Shown: piece by piece, positions 45,941 through 55,269 of the stretch
How positions within the stretch are numbered: the stretch's first letter is position 1
How the letters are laid out: the number at the start of each line of letters is the position of its first letter
Virus record (IMG/VR): IMGVR_UViG_3300003319_000118
Coordinates: 1 to 55,635 of that record
DNA length: 55,635 nt
Direction: 5' to 3' (one strand)
Origin: a virus
Lineage: Duplodnaviria > Caudoviricetes
Position numbers and translations under genes: made by a program
The notes under the pieces: model-generated
What the model was told of the DNA's origin: nothing
Databases searched by the model: none
What the model saw: the letters and a program-made list of their open reading frames with translations, nothing else

Positions 45941-46606
45941 TTAGAAGGGTATCTCTTCGTCGTCTTCGGCTGAGGCGAGTTGTGCCGGTCGCGCTCCCAC
46001 GGCTGCCGCAGCGACCGCCTCACCCGAAGGCATCTGATTGCCGGCCGCCTCTACCGCCGGGATGACCTCGGTCATCATCACGTCGTAGAGGTATTCGTTG
46101 ACGGCGCTGAAGTCCCAGCCGCCGAGTCGCTTTTTCGTAGGCTCGGGGCAGTCGCCGGGATTCTCTTTCGTGTACTTCTGTAAGACCGTCGCGCCGTCCT
46201 GCTTGACGTTGAAGGCCGTCGTGTCGTTCTTCTGGTCGTACCAGGCCGAGAACTCGACCGGCTGGGAAAAGTTGATGTTCTCGGCCAGCCGCATGAAGCG
46301 GGAAGTGACGCGCGACGAGAACGGCAGCGTCAGGATGCACGGTGTTCCGGCCGCGTCGAGATGCAGCTTCCATCCACGGAAGGTGGTGTCCTCGAACTCG
46401 CGCTCATACCACTCGATCTTGCAAATGAGCGCTTCGACGCCCTTGTACTTCTTGACGTACTTCTTTATTTTCTCTTTGGTGCGCGGGTTCTCGACTTCGA
46501 CTTCATCGAAGCCGACAATAGGTGTCTTGCTCTCTTCGATGATGGAGTGGTGTTTGATTTGCAGGTACTTGGTTCCTGTTGCGGTGGCTTCCTGTAAGCC
46601 TTTCAT
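45941..46606 (-). CDS. putative single-stranded DNA-binding protein
   Basis: Acidic EDDEEIPF tail; replication module. Confidence 0.6.
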   Translation of the reverse strand: MKGLQEATATGTKYLQIKHHSIIEESKTPIVGFDEVEVENPRTKEKIKKYVKKYKGVEALICKIEWYEREFEDTTFRGWKLHLDAAGTPCILTLPFSSRVTSRFMRLAENINFSQPVEFSAWYDQKNDTTAFNVKQDGATVLQKYTKENPGDCPEPTKKRLGGWDFSAVNEYLYDVMMTEVIPAVEAAGNQMPSGEAVAAAAVGARPAQLASAEDDEEIPF

Positions 46607-46628
46607 GCGGTGAACCTCTCTTTCGTGG

Positions 46629-46985
46629 TTAGGTTTTGTAGCCCAAAAGCGCCCCCTCCATCTGTAGCGTCTTTGCTGCTGATTGAATGGCGGAGAGCTG
46701 ACTTTCGAGAGCCGAGAACCGGAGCTTTAAAACTTTCTCTAGTACCTCGGCATCATCCTTTGCCTTCCGAAGCTCGACGCAGGACAACTCGGCCTTAGCC
46801 TTTTTCTCCTGCACCGTGCCTTCGGTTGACTTCAAGGCCGAGAGCGCGGTGGCCTCGGCGATCTCATAATTACGCTTGGCGTCCGAGGCGGTTTGGTAGA
46901 CCGACTGGCACACCGCCTTGACTTCCTCGAACTCGTCAAAGAGAACGTCGAATTTTTGTCTGTAATCGTTTGTGTCTCCGTCCAT
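46629..46985 (-). CDS. coiled-coil protein, UvsY-like
   Basis: GTVQEKKAKA..LESQLSAIQS; next to SSB-like gene. Confidence 0.5.
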   Translation of the reverse strand: MDGDTNDYRQKFDVLFDEFEEVKAVCQSVYQTASDAKRNYEIAEATALSALKSTEGTVQEKKAKAELSCVELRKAKDDAEVLEKVLKLRFSALESQLSAIQSAAKTLQMEGALLGYKT

Positions 46986-47042
46986 CCCCTCATCCCCCCC
47001 CTTCTCTAACAGGAGCGCGACGCACGACCGATGAACGGATAG

Positions 47043-47324
47043 CTATGCGCGGCATCCTTCCGTCTCGCGGTACGCCGCTCCTCTCCTGTACATGAGCAGA
47101 AACTTTGACCATGCAGCTCTCCCCTGCACCCGAAGGTGCTCAGCCTCGCTTGCCTGTCCATGCAGCACCGCACGTCCTGCACTTGCCTCGAAGTCAAGCG
47201 CCTTCGCTAAAAGCCCGGCTGCCTCATCCTTAAGATCAGGGAAGCGGACGAAGGGACGTACCTGCGTTGCCGCTTGGTTCGTCTGCTCGCTGCCGTAGAA
47301 GTTGACTTCGGGTTGTGTGCTCAT
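47043..47324 (-). CDS. hypothetical protein
   Basis: ATGA coupling. Confidence 0.5.
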   Translation of the reverse strand: MSTQPEVNFYGSEQTNQAATQVRPFVRFPDLKDEAAGLLAKALDFEASAGRAVLHGQASEAEHLRVQGRAAWSKFLLMYRRGAAYRETEGCRA

Positions 47325-48193
47325 GCTGCTTCATTCTCCGTGTTGAAGAGGGGGAAGGCTCTGCGCTTCGCCTCCCATGCTGCTTCGTTAATCCAGAGGA
47401 CTTCCGTGCGCTCAGCCGAACCGTCAGCGCGCGCCGTCCTCTCGACTTGATGCCAGTCGGAAAATAGCTCGCCGTCGTACAGGTCGCAGCCGTAACCTGA
47501 CACGATGACCATACCCGCGCAGTGCTTCAGCTCAAGCGCCAGCGCGCGGTGTTCGTCATCACTCATTTCGGCGCGGTAGGCTTGCTGCCCCTCCATGTAG
47601 CGGACGCTGTGCGGGTAGGGTGGGTCAATATAGAACAGCGTATCGCGGCTGTCTCTGGCCTTGATGATATAGGCAGCCTCCCGATTCTCTATCTCGACGC
47701 CGCTGAAGCGCGCGGCGACTTCCGCGATGCGTTCAGGGATAGTCTGCCAATCATCGGTAACGCCGTGCGAGCCCGCTGAGGCGATGCGATTCGTGCGGAA
47801 GCCTTTCGCGTGCCCGGTGGTCGTGTGCCGGATGCCGCGACCCATGAAGGACTGTATGAGTGAGCGGCGGGCGGCCTCAACGTCATCAGCGGTCGGCTCA
47901 AAGGCGCTTAGAAATTCTTCGCGGGAGTAGGGCGTCAGAATGGAAAGTTCTGTTAGAGCTGAAGCCTTCAGCGGGTCGCGGAGCACACGGAAGAGATTGA
48001 CTACCTGCCCGTCCAGGTCGTTATAGATTTCAACGCTGGCACGGGGCTTTTGGAGCAGGACGGAGGCCGCGCCGCCAAAAGGCTCAACGTAAATCTTGTG
48101 TGGCGGGAAGTGCGAGATAATCCACGGCGCAAGTAACCACTTGCCTCCGTGGTATCTCAACACCGGCCTTGTCGGCTTCAGCTCTGCAACCAT
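47321..48193 (-). CDS. Dam-family (D12) DNA adenine methyltransferase
   Basis: RYHGGKW, YVEPFGGAASV, YNDLD, FYIDPPY. Confidence 0.92.
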   Translation of the reverse strand: MVAELKPTRPVLRYHGGKWLLAPWIISHFPPHKIYVEPFGGAASVLLQKPRASVEIYNDLDGQVVNLFRVLRDPLKASALTELSILTPYSREEFLSAFEPTADDVEAARRSLIQSFMGRGIRHTTTGHAKGFRTNRIASAGSHGVTDDWQTIPERIAEVAARFSGVEIENREAAYIIKARDSRDTLFYIDPPYPHSVRYMEGQQAYRAEMSDDEHRALALELKHCAGMVIVSGYGCDLYDGELFSDWHQVERTARADGSAERTEVLWINEAAWEAKRRAFPLFNTENEAA

Positions 48194-48224
48194 CTAAGCT
48201 GCCCTCACTTCCCTCTCCACCTCA

Positions 48225-48458
48225 TCAATCGAAAGAAGTCACACCGCCCGCCTCGGTGTTGAGCAGCAGCGGCTGTCTGGAAATCGGCGGCGCGCTCTTT
48301 GCCGCACAGTTGCCGCAGCGGTGGAGCGTCAGAGTAAGACTTCGGCCGTCTATCACGACACTGACTACTCGTGCCGTCTCCCAGCGGGCTTCCCACGTGG
48401 TGCCGCAGTCGATACAGCCGTCGGCGCGGAGTGTGATTTTTGCCTTGCCGATATTCAT
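48225..48458 (-). CDS. small zinc-finger protein
   Basis: CIDCG..CGNC. Confidence 0.5.
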   Translation of the reverse strand: MNIGKAKITLRADGCIDCGTTWEARWETARVVSVVIDGRSLTLTLHRCGNCAAKSAPPISRQPLLLNTEAGGVTSFD

Positions 48459-48464
48459 AATCGT

Positions 48465-48707
48465 TTAGCGTCGCGCGGGCTTCTCTTCGTCGGGCAGCCC
48501 CGGCAACTTCCCCGCCCAACCCTTCGGCGCTGGTTCCGTCTCCTCAAGGAGTCTGCGCGCCTGCCAGATTTCCTTGCGCGTGTAGAAGCCGTCGTCGTTG
48601 GCGAGGACGTAACATGCGCTCTCACGCATCAACTCAGTCACCCTCTGTTTCTGCTCTGGCGTCAGCATAAAGGTTTGGTGTCGGGCAACCGGGGCGCTTT
48701 CCCCCAC
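48465..48707 (-). CDS. hypothetical protein
   Basis: Track ORF on operon strand. Confidence 0.45.
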   Translation of the reverse strand: MGESAPVARHQTFMLTPEQKQRVTELMRESACYVLANDDGFYTRKEIWQARRLLEETEPAPKGWAGKLPGLPDEEKPARR

Positions 48708-49060
48708 AACGCGGCGCCCCGGCTACCCTCCTCACACGCCCCCGAGCCACGGCCCCTCCGCGTGGGGAGCCAATCGAAAGCGTGATGCTGAGTCAGTTTT
48801 CAAGATTCAACTTGCGCGCGAGGTTCGCCGCGTCGCGGTTGGCCGCCTCGGCGTTGAACCTGCCGCCCCGCTGGGCGCGGTAGACGTTCACTTCGTACGC
48901 CCGGCGCTGCCCGTCCTCGCGGGTCTGGTGGTGCTTGCGTCTCTCTGCGATTGTTTGCTTCATATCGTTTAATACCTGTGCTCATCATTCCGGCAGTACA
49001 GGTAGATAACTACTCCTGCGGCGATGATGGCGAAGTAGAGTAAGAAGCCTGAGAAGTTGT

Positions 49061-49618
49061 TCATGGGAGTAAGTGCCCCGCCTCCGCATACGACATAGCA
49101 ATACCGTGGCAGCGATGGGCGATCCTCGGCACGTGCTGACCAAGATCAGGTTCGGGCGTGGCCTCTTTGCGCCAGTCCCAAACGTCGTAACCCGTGCGGC
49201 CGAAGCCGAAGGCCGACAACATGCAGTCCTTCGGGTAAGGGTCGCGGCAACCCTCGAAGGTTAAACGGCCGTTTAGGAAATAGATGAAGGCTTTCAGGTG
49301 GACGTGATCTCGAAACCAGTTCGCACCGACTGAGGCCGGGGTCAGGAGAAGTATTTGCCCCCCCCTTGCACACTTCTCAGCCCACGGCGCGATATTGCCG
49401 AAAGGCGGGTTGAGCCACTTGAGGCCGGGGAGCGAGCGCCAGTCAGCGGTAAGAGAATCCTGCGCAGCCGTCAGGAAGTTCTCGGCCTTCGCGTTCTCGA
49501 CACTCGCCGCCAAGTCCCACGCGGGCGTCCCGAACTTGAGCGCCACGGCGCGCATTAAATTTGCTGGCGTACCGTAGTCCTGTTTACTTTGGCCCGGCCT
49601 TTGAACAGGCATCATCAT
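49061..49618 (-). CDS. phage N6-adenine methyltransferase
   Basis: QDYGTP, WDLAAS, WLNPPF, LLTPASVGANWF, GRLTF. Confidence 0.85.
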   Translation of the reverse strand: MMMPVQRPGQSKQDYGTPANLMRAVALKFGTPAWDLAASVENAKAENFLTAAQDSLTADWRSLPGLKWLNPPFGNIAPWAEKCARGGQILLLTPASVGANWFRDHVHLKAFIYFLNGRLTFEGCRDPYPKDCMLSAFGFGRTGYDVWDWRKEATPEPDLGQHVPRIAHRCHGIAMSYAEAGHLLP

Positions 49619-50301
49619 TTCATCACCCTCGCGCAGACCGCCTCTATCCGCTCAAACGTACCTTTGCTCTCTTCCCACGCCAGCCTGAAAGGTGTCGGGT
49701 CAAGCAAGACGAGCGAACGGAGAGCACGGGTGCGTGCACGCCTCAAATCACCCTGAGCTTCAAAGGCACACGCCATTGATTCAAGTATCTCGGCCTGTAA
49801 GAGAATGTCGTTTGATTGAAGGGCTACCCGGTATGCGCGGTTGAAATACTTATGTGCGGACTCGGGTCTATCTGCCGACGCGTAGCAGCGGCCTGTGCTC
49901 GTGTCGATCTGCGCGCGTAAGGTTGAGTCTGCCGCGGCGTGCTCGAAAGCCGACGTGTAGTAGTCGAAAGCTTTGTCCGTCTGGCCGAGGTATTGAAAGA
50001 CGAGCCCAATGCTGTGCTCGTAGCGGCCGAGGAAGGCACCGCCAATCACGCGGGCGGTCGCGTAGCGCGTTGAGAGGAGTTCAAGCGTCCCCCGGTAGTC
50101 GCCCGCAAAGAAGCGGACGAGCGCCGCGTCCTTCGTCCACGTCGCGGCGGGCTGGCCGTCGGGAGCAGAGAGCAGTCTTTCGCAGCATAGGTTGCGCGCC
50201 GCGTCTAAGTCTGTATCGAGAAGCGTTCGGTAGAGGGCTAAGTCCTCGGGGCTCGTGGTGCTATCATGTGGGACTCTGGCGGCGAATCCGCTTCGACTCA
50301 C
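49615..50301 (-). CDS. tetratricopeptide-repeat protein (start uncertain)
   Basis: Repeats HSIGLVFQYLGQTDKAFDYYTSA, STGRCYA..AHKYFNRA, SMACAFEAQGDLRRA. Confidence 0.78.
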   Translation of the reverse strand: MSRSGFAARVPHDSTTSPEDLALYRTLLDTDLDAARNLCCERLLSAPDGQPAATWTKDAALVRFFAGDYRGTLELLSTRYATARVIGGAFLGRYEHSIGLVFQYLGQTDKAFDYYTSAFEHAAADSTLRAQIDTSTGRCYASADRPESAHKYFNRAYRVALQSNDILLQAEILESMACAFEAQGDLRRARTRALRSLVLLDPTPFRLAWEESKGTFERIEAVCARVMK

Positions 50302-50323
50302 AACCACTACAGGAGAACATTCT

Positions 50324-50536
50324 ATGAGACGCTTACTTATCACCGGCGCGCTCGTGTGCGCGCTGTTCACGGTCGCCTTCGCGGGCCCGCCCGTCTCGCC
50401 GGGTGACGACCCCTGCATCCCGACACCGGAAGTCCCTTGCCCCACAGACGACGAATCGGCTAACAGCTCGTCTACGTCGGGCTCGTTCATTACAGTGCTG
50501 ATTAACGGTGTGCTGACCATCGTCTATCTGCCTTAA
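50324..50536 (+). CDS. small secreted pro-peptide (70 aa)
   Basis: AGGAG RBS; signal peptide ending AFA; Pro/acidic linker; hydrophobic C-terminus. Confidence 0.72.
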   Translation: MRRLLITGALVCALFTVAFAGPPVSPGDDPCIPTPEVPCPTDDESANSSSTSGSFITVLINGVLTIVYLP

Positions 50537-50623
50537 CCCTTCAGTCCCGGCCGACGGCCGCGCCCCTTTTCGCCTCCCCAGACGAGCCGAAGCACTGACG
50601 CCGCCGGCCGAGAGTTCAATCCT

Positions 50624-51124
50624 TCATCCGTCCATCCCCGTCGTGACTCTCTGCGCCTCGCCTTGAGACATCACGCGCGCGCCTGTCTGCACTCTGCCGA
50701 GCGTCTCAACCAGCAAGTCGCGTGCGGCGTCATACTCTTCTGGCGTCGCCTTCCTCGCCGCGTGGTTAGATTGGACGGACTTGAAGTAATACCATGCGGC
50801 GTCGAGCTCATCGCCGCATGGTGGCGTACTCTGACGGCGGGGACGAAACCTTGACAGCACGGCCCAGATGGCGTCCCCCAGCCCGGCGCGGGTCTTCTCG
50901 GCGCCGTAGCAGAACATCAGGATTTGGTAGGCGAGTGATTCCGTGGCGTCGTTGGGGTTGAGCTGCTTCGTGAGCGTGCCGTACGGGATGCGCGAGTTGA
51001 CGGCCGTCTTCTTCTCCTCGCCCCACTCGAAGAGGTTGTAGACGGCTTTTTCAAGCTCCTCTTGATCCACGGGCTCTAAGTTATCCGCCATAGATAAAAC
51101 CTCTGAGAAAGTGACTGGATTCAA
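50624..51124 (-). CDS. CII-like regulatory protein
   Basis: IPYGTLTKQLNPND HTH-like motif; downstream of cro-like gene. Confidence 0.55.
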   Translation of the reverse strand: MNPVTFSEVLSMADNLEPVDQEELEKAVYNLFEWGEEKKTAVNSRIPYGTLTKQLNPNDATESLAYQILMFCYGAEKTRAGLGDAIWAVLSRFRPRRQSTPPCGDELDAAWYYFKSVQSNHAARKATPEEYDAARDLLVETLGRVQTGARVMSQGEAQRVTTGMDG

Positions 51125-51503
51125 ATGCCCGTTTCGGCGTAAGGTGTCTATCAGCCGACGGGAAAACGGTCTTTGAAAACTAAGTCAGCCCGCAGCCTTC
51201 GGGAATCACCGAAGCCGCCCGGATTAAAGCCTCCGAACCGCGGGCCGCCCTTTGCACGGGGAAGATGGCCGATTGTTCCTAGTCACAACTTCGGACATGT
51301 TGGAACTGCTCGGCTCTACACAGGTTTAGTCATCGACTTTCCTTCGTCGGCGTGCCGCAGTTTTGCGCGAAGTGCCGTTGCCGGTCGCTCGGAATTGTTA
51401 TCGCCGCTTTTACGGAGCCTTCCGTACCCCGTGGCAAATGTCGATTCAAAGAACCTGTTCCGCACCTTTCGCGCGCTTCGGGAGCGCAATCTGGTGCGTC
51501 GTG

Positions 51504-51794
51504 TCAGGCGGCAACGGGCTCGAAGTCCCGCTCGAACTCATCAACTTTATGGACTGAGTAGTTGCCCGCGGAGTCCTTGACGATGTAGTCCCCGACTTGG
51601 GCGGGCACGACGCCTTCGAGCGTTCTGACGTTCAGCGTGCCGTCGGCGTAGCCGTTGCCGTAGATGGGCGGCGCCGAAAGGAACGGGAAGCCGAAGGGCG
51701 GGTCTAGCTCCTTCATCCAGTCGCGCACCGTCGGCCAGTTGCCGTCGTGGCGGACGGCGTTGACGACCTCAGAGCCTTTTTTGAATTTCGCCAT
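51504..51794 (-). CDS. conserved phage protein (TLEG..GDYIVK family)
   Basis: VRTLEGV..GDYIVKDSAGNYS..FERDFE; AAAGGA RBS. Confidence 0.7.
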   Translation of the reverse strand: MAKFKKGSEVVNAVRHDGNWPTVRDWMKELDPPFGFPFLSAPPIYGNGYADGTLNVRTLEGVVPAQVGDYIVKDSAGNYSVHKVDEFERDFEPVAA

Positions 51795-51835
51795 CGGAAT
51801 CCTTTCGGTTTCTCGCTGCCCCCGGTTGTGCGCCC

Positions 51836-52207
51836 TCAAGCAACGGAAGGCCAAGTATCCCCGCCTCCTCTGGTAGTCACTTGTGCCACGCCGTTCGTTG
51901 GTACGTCTGCCGGTCGCCACACCGCACCGCAACCGTGGCAGAGGTGCGACTTGTGCGGCGGGTTCGTCCAATCGTTCTGAGGTTCGGGCGCGTCAACGTG
52001 GAGCACCCCACACGCAGGGCACGGAAGCACGACGTTAAGAGGCTGCAGCGCGGCACCGGCGTCAGCGACCATGCGGATACGGCCTATTGCTGTCGCCAGC
52101 GCGGGCGCGTCTTGCTCCACTACTTGACGAGAGTCGCTGGGAAGCCTGTCCCACGCATCAAGCAGCGCACCGATGTACCAGCCGGGAACTTGAATGTCGT
52201 TCGCCAT
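51836..52207 (-). CDS. conserved phage protein
   Basis: CPACGVLHVDAPEP..WTNPPHKSHLCHGCG..PTNGV. Confidence 0.7.
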   Translation of the reverse strand: MANDIQVPGWYIGALLDAWDRLPSDSRQVVEQDAPALATAIGRIRMVADAGAALQPLNVVLPCPACGVLHVDAPEPQNDWTNPPHKSHLCHGCGAVWRPADVPTNGVAQVTTRGGGDTWPSVA

Positions 52208-52276
52208 AAGAACCTTTCATGCACCGCCGTCGGGCGGGTGTTGTGCTCTCGCGGAAGGCGTGTGCGGCGCGACTGC

Positions 52277-53020
52277 TCAAAGCGTACAGACTCGGCACCG
52301 TCCATCACGTCCAAAAAGTTTCATCTGCCCGGCGTGTCTCGGTCGGCTCCCGCCCTCGAATTTTTGCCGCAGTCGCATGAGCGGCGCGGGCCATGAGTCA
52401 CGCCCCGGCGAGCGGAACGAACAAGGCTGGCCGTGTAGCTCGGAAACGACCGTCTCTAATTCTTCCCCTTGCTGGAATCGCGCGGGATGGTCTTTCCAGA
52501 GGTTCCACCACTCCCCGATTTGTTGGTCGTAGCAGAGCGCACAGTCAGTCCGCTCGGGAACGCGGACGCCGCGCTCATCAAGAAAGGTAAGAACGTCTTT
52601 GAGCCCCCAGCCCCATTCGCGGAAAGGAAACCTTTGCGTAACGCCTTCGATGTGGCCGTAGATACCGCCTTCTCTCTCTTCCTCGTCGGCACGAAGCCCG
52701 ACGTAGGAGACGCAAGGCGAAGCCGTGAAAAGAAACTGCTCGTAAGGCTCGATCTTGAGTATGCGCGTACACCAGCGCTGGCGATTGTTCGGCAGAGCCC
52801 GCTGAATCTGAATCAGGCTGGACAGTGACTTGCCACACGAGACAACGGTCAGGGGCGTACCTAAAAGCGCGGCGAGTGAGCGCCAATGCTCGACCATCTC
52901 GGGGAGTTCGTTGCCGGTTGGAGTGATGACGTACTCATAGGCGCACGGCTCACGTTCCGCCAACGCCAGCGCCAGCGCCGTCGAATCTTTACCGCCGGAG
53001 AGTGCGAGTATGTGTCTCAT
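52277..53020 (-). CDS. PAPS reductase family protein
   Basis: LSGGKDS, TGNELPE, RWCTRILKIEP, VGLRADE, RTDCALC. Confidence 0.88.
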   Translation of the reverse strand: MRHILALSGGKDSTALALALAEREPCAYEYVITPTGNELPEMVEHWRSLAALLGTPLTVVSCGKSLSSLIQIQRALPNNRQRWCTRILKIEPYEQFLFTASPCVSYVGLRADEEEREGGIYGHIEGVTQRFPFREWGWGLKDVLTFLDERGVRVPERTDCALCYDQQIGEWWNLWKDHPARFQQGEELETVVSELHGQPCSFRSPGRDSWPAPLMRLRQKFEGGSRPRHAGQMKLFGRDGRCRVCTL

Positions 53021-53134
53021 CTCTTCAACCCGTGCCCGTGCTCGCCTTTGGGGCGGGCGGAGATTGCTTTGTGTTTGCGTCCGGTGATATATGGTGCGCG
53101 CTTTACCTCATCCTGTTTGGAGGTCTAGCGCCAG

Positions 53135-53326
53135 ATGCCGACTCGTAACACCGAACTCTGTCCGTACTGTCAAAAGGTCGTGGCCGTCACCGCCAAGAAC
53201 TGCCCCGGGTGTGGCGGCGACCTTCGCAGCCATCGCAACGCGCCGGCGGTCAAGGTCTTTCTCATCATCGTGGCCGTGGTCGTCGTGCTCGTCTTCATCC
53301 TTACCAGGCTCGGCGTGCTCAAGTAG
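53135..53326 (+). CDS. zinc-ribbon membrane protein
   Basis: CPYC..CPGCG plus TM. Confidence 0.65.
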   Translation: MPTRNTELCPYCQKVVAVTAKNCPGCGGDLRSHRNAPAVKVFLIIVAVVVVLVFILTRLGVLK

Positions 53327-53364
53327 GTGGCCCGGTCGCGGGAGGATGGCGGTTAAGGGGGTGC

Positions 53365-53559
53365 TCATGCGGCGGCCTCTGCTGGCTCCTCTTCGGGGCG
53401 CAGTTCGGGGTGTCGCTTCGCCAGCTTCGATAGCTTCTCGTCTATCGCTTCACGGACGATTTGAGACGCGGGCGTGTCCAGAATTTCGGAAGCCTTGTTA
53501 AGCCGCTCCTTATGGTCGCCGCTCGCGCGAATGTAAAGTCTCGTATCTTTTTTGCTCAT
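53365..53559 (-). CDS. ribbon-helix-helix regulator in Cro position
   Basis: TRLYIRA strand; ASQIVREAIDEKL; GAGG RBS. Confidence 0.78.
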   Translation of the reverse strand: MSKKDTRLYIRASGDHKERLNKASEILDTPASQIVREAIDEKLSKLAKRHPELRPEEEPAEAAA

Positions 53560-53590
53560 TTGTCGCCTCGTGCGCCTGATGTCCGCGCGT

Positions 53591-53681
53591 TGTACGGACA
53601 AATACCACGAATGTACGCACATTGTCAACCACTTTCTTCTAAGGCTCAATTGAAAGGAAAGGTACGCCTGTTGTATGCACA
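53591..53681. promoter_or_regulatory. switch region with repeated operators
   Basis: TGTACGGACA 53591, TGTACGCACA 53612, GGTACGCCTG 53661, TGTATGCACA 53672; - strand TTGACA at 53628-53623. Confidence 0.75.
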
Positions 53682-53686
53682 CACTT

Positions 53687-53992
53687 ATGGGCAAAGAGAC
53701 GAGAGGCATGAGAATGTATTTCAGGGTAGCGGAGAGCTTTAAGAATGAGTTCACCGCTGCGGCTATGGTTAGAGAGCAAGACCCTTCAGACGCCTTTCGG
53801 GTCATAGGCAGGGCTTTTATCGAGCGGGTTAAGCAGGAGAGTCCCGAAAGATATTCGGAGACTCTTGAAGTCGTTCGCGGGGGCAACAGCGCGCAGACGT
53901 TAATGTCGGAAGACGAGAGCGCGGCAGTAAAGGAGGCGTACAAAAAGTCTCGAAAGGCTAAACCGCAAGGTAAGCACAATTCCAAAAGGTAG
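53687..53992 (+). CDS. RHH-like regulator in repressor position
   Basis: MRMYFRV strand followed by two helices (DPSDAFR). Confidence 0.6.
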   Translation: MGKETRGMRMYFRVAESFKNEFTAAAMVREQDPSDAFRVIGRAFIERVKQESPERYSETLEVVRGGNSAQTLMSEDESAAVKEAYKKSRKAKPQGKHNSKR

Positions 53993-54077
53993 TAAGTTTC
54001 TCCCTGTTCTTTGAATCTGTAGAAAGGAAGTTATTTCTTCGCCCTGACCTCACTCCGGCTGAAGGGATCGGCGTGTT

Positions 54078-54431
54078 ATGGAAGTCCATCCTCGTTTGCC
54101 GATTGACCCGGAGACTCAGACGCACGGCGAGCCGAAACGCGATGTAGGCGGACAGACTTACACGCTCAAGGTTTTCGCCTTCTGCCCCAACGAAGAAGAT
54201 GCCAGCCCGCGCCTCTTAGGGCGCGTTAAAGTCAGACCCGGCCCGGTCGCACCCGGCAAGGTCGCCGCCGTTCGCATGTCGGACGGCTTTTTGGTTCTTA
54301 GAAGGATTCGTTATTGCCGCGAACGCGGACGTGAGTTCGTGTGCCTTGAAAGCCTTTTGCCGAGTATCCCAGCCCTGCGCCTGCCCTTGAGCGCCTTGTG
54401 CATACTCGGCACCGTGATTGGTTATTCTTGA
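54078..54431 (+). CDS. stand-alone S24/LexA C-terminal-like domain, degenerate
   Basis: GKVAAVR..GFLVLRRI..CLESL..ILGTVIG. Confidence 0.55.
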   Translation: MEVHPRLPIDPETQTHGEPKRDVGGQTYTLKVFAFCPNEEDASPRLLGRVKVRPGPVAPGKVAAVRMSDGFLVLRRIRYCRERGREFVCLESLLPSIPALRLPLSALCILGTVIGYS

Positions 54432-54571
54432 AAATTTTGACAGCGGCAGTTCGTCGCTTTGTATCGCCAACACGGGAAAAGTGTAATCACTTTTTCCCGC
54501 CTTAAATCTTGCAACGTGCGGCAACGTGCATAGATTCAACAAAGGCGTTCTGCCTATCTGAAAGGAGAGCC

Positions 54572-55132
54572 ATGCGCCTCATTATTTTGGTATGTGCCTT
54601 TCTGCTAATGAGTCCTGCGCCTTTGCGACAGGGCTCACCCGAAGCCGTTTTTAAGCAGCGAGTATCTAAGTTTAGAAACAGCAAGCGGTTTGAGTATTAC
54701 TATGACAAGTTCAAAGACCAGGCCCGCTTCTCTGTCGGCCCGTTCAATATCGGGGGCGACTCGGCCTACGTGTTCGGCGGGAGCATGTTGGGATTGACAG
54801 CCTACACTTTCGCTGACGGCAAAGACATCAAGAATCCTGACCGCTTCATCTTGCTTTTTGACTCAAGCTCAAAGGATTGGTTATACCTGCGCGACTGCGG
54901 CCTCAACCTTATCGTGGATGGCGAGCGCGTCGATCTTGGACAATGTACGCGCCAGTCGGACATTCGGCGCGGCGGCGTGACCGAACGTCTGTTCTTCAAG
55001 CTCACACCGGAGCAGTTCACCAAAATCGCCAACGCAAAGGTGGTTGAGCTGCGCATCGGTCGCACAGAATTAAAATTGAAGGACGAACACTTGCAAGCCT
55101 TCAAAGACCTGATAAGCCTCACTACGCCTTAA
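54572..55132 (+). CDS. secreted protein (lysogeny-expressed accessory)
   Basis: AAAGGAG RBS; signal peptide; KIANAKVVELRIG. Confidence 0.7.
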   Translation: MRLIILVCAFLLMSPAPLRQGSPEAVFKQRVSKFRNSKRFEYYYDKFKDQARFSVGPFNIGGDSAYVFGGSMLGLTAYTFADGKDIKNPDRFILLFDSSSKDWLYLRDCGLNLIVDGERVDLGQCTRQSDIRRGGVTERLFFKLTPEQFTKIANAKVVELRIGRTELKLKDEHLQAFKDLISLTTP

Positions 55133-55154
55133 CGAAATCACAACTACGTCGCGC

Positions 55155-55183
55155 GGCTCGGCCATTTCTGGCCGAGCTTTTTG
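55155..55183 (+). terminator. intrinsic terminator
   Basis: GCTCGGCCA-TTTC-TGGCCGAGC-TTTTT. Confidence 0.8.
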
Positions 55184-55199
55184 CTGTCTAAAATAGTTG

Positions 55200-55228
55200 T
55201 TGACTTGTACGCACAACAGGCGTACAAT
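55200..55228 (+). promoter_or_regulatory. early promoter with operator in spacer
   Basis: TTGACT-17-TACAAT; spacer TGTACGCACAACAGGCG. Confidence 0.82.
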
Positions 55229-55269
55229 CCCTCCTGTCACATACGACACCACGAAGGGAGCCGAGAGAG

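Noticed and set aside
53365-53985. 206-aa track ORF as a single gene
   Set aside because: 5' two-thirds is antisense to 53687..53992 and crosses the operator region; the RBS-supported start is 53559.
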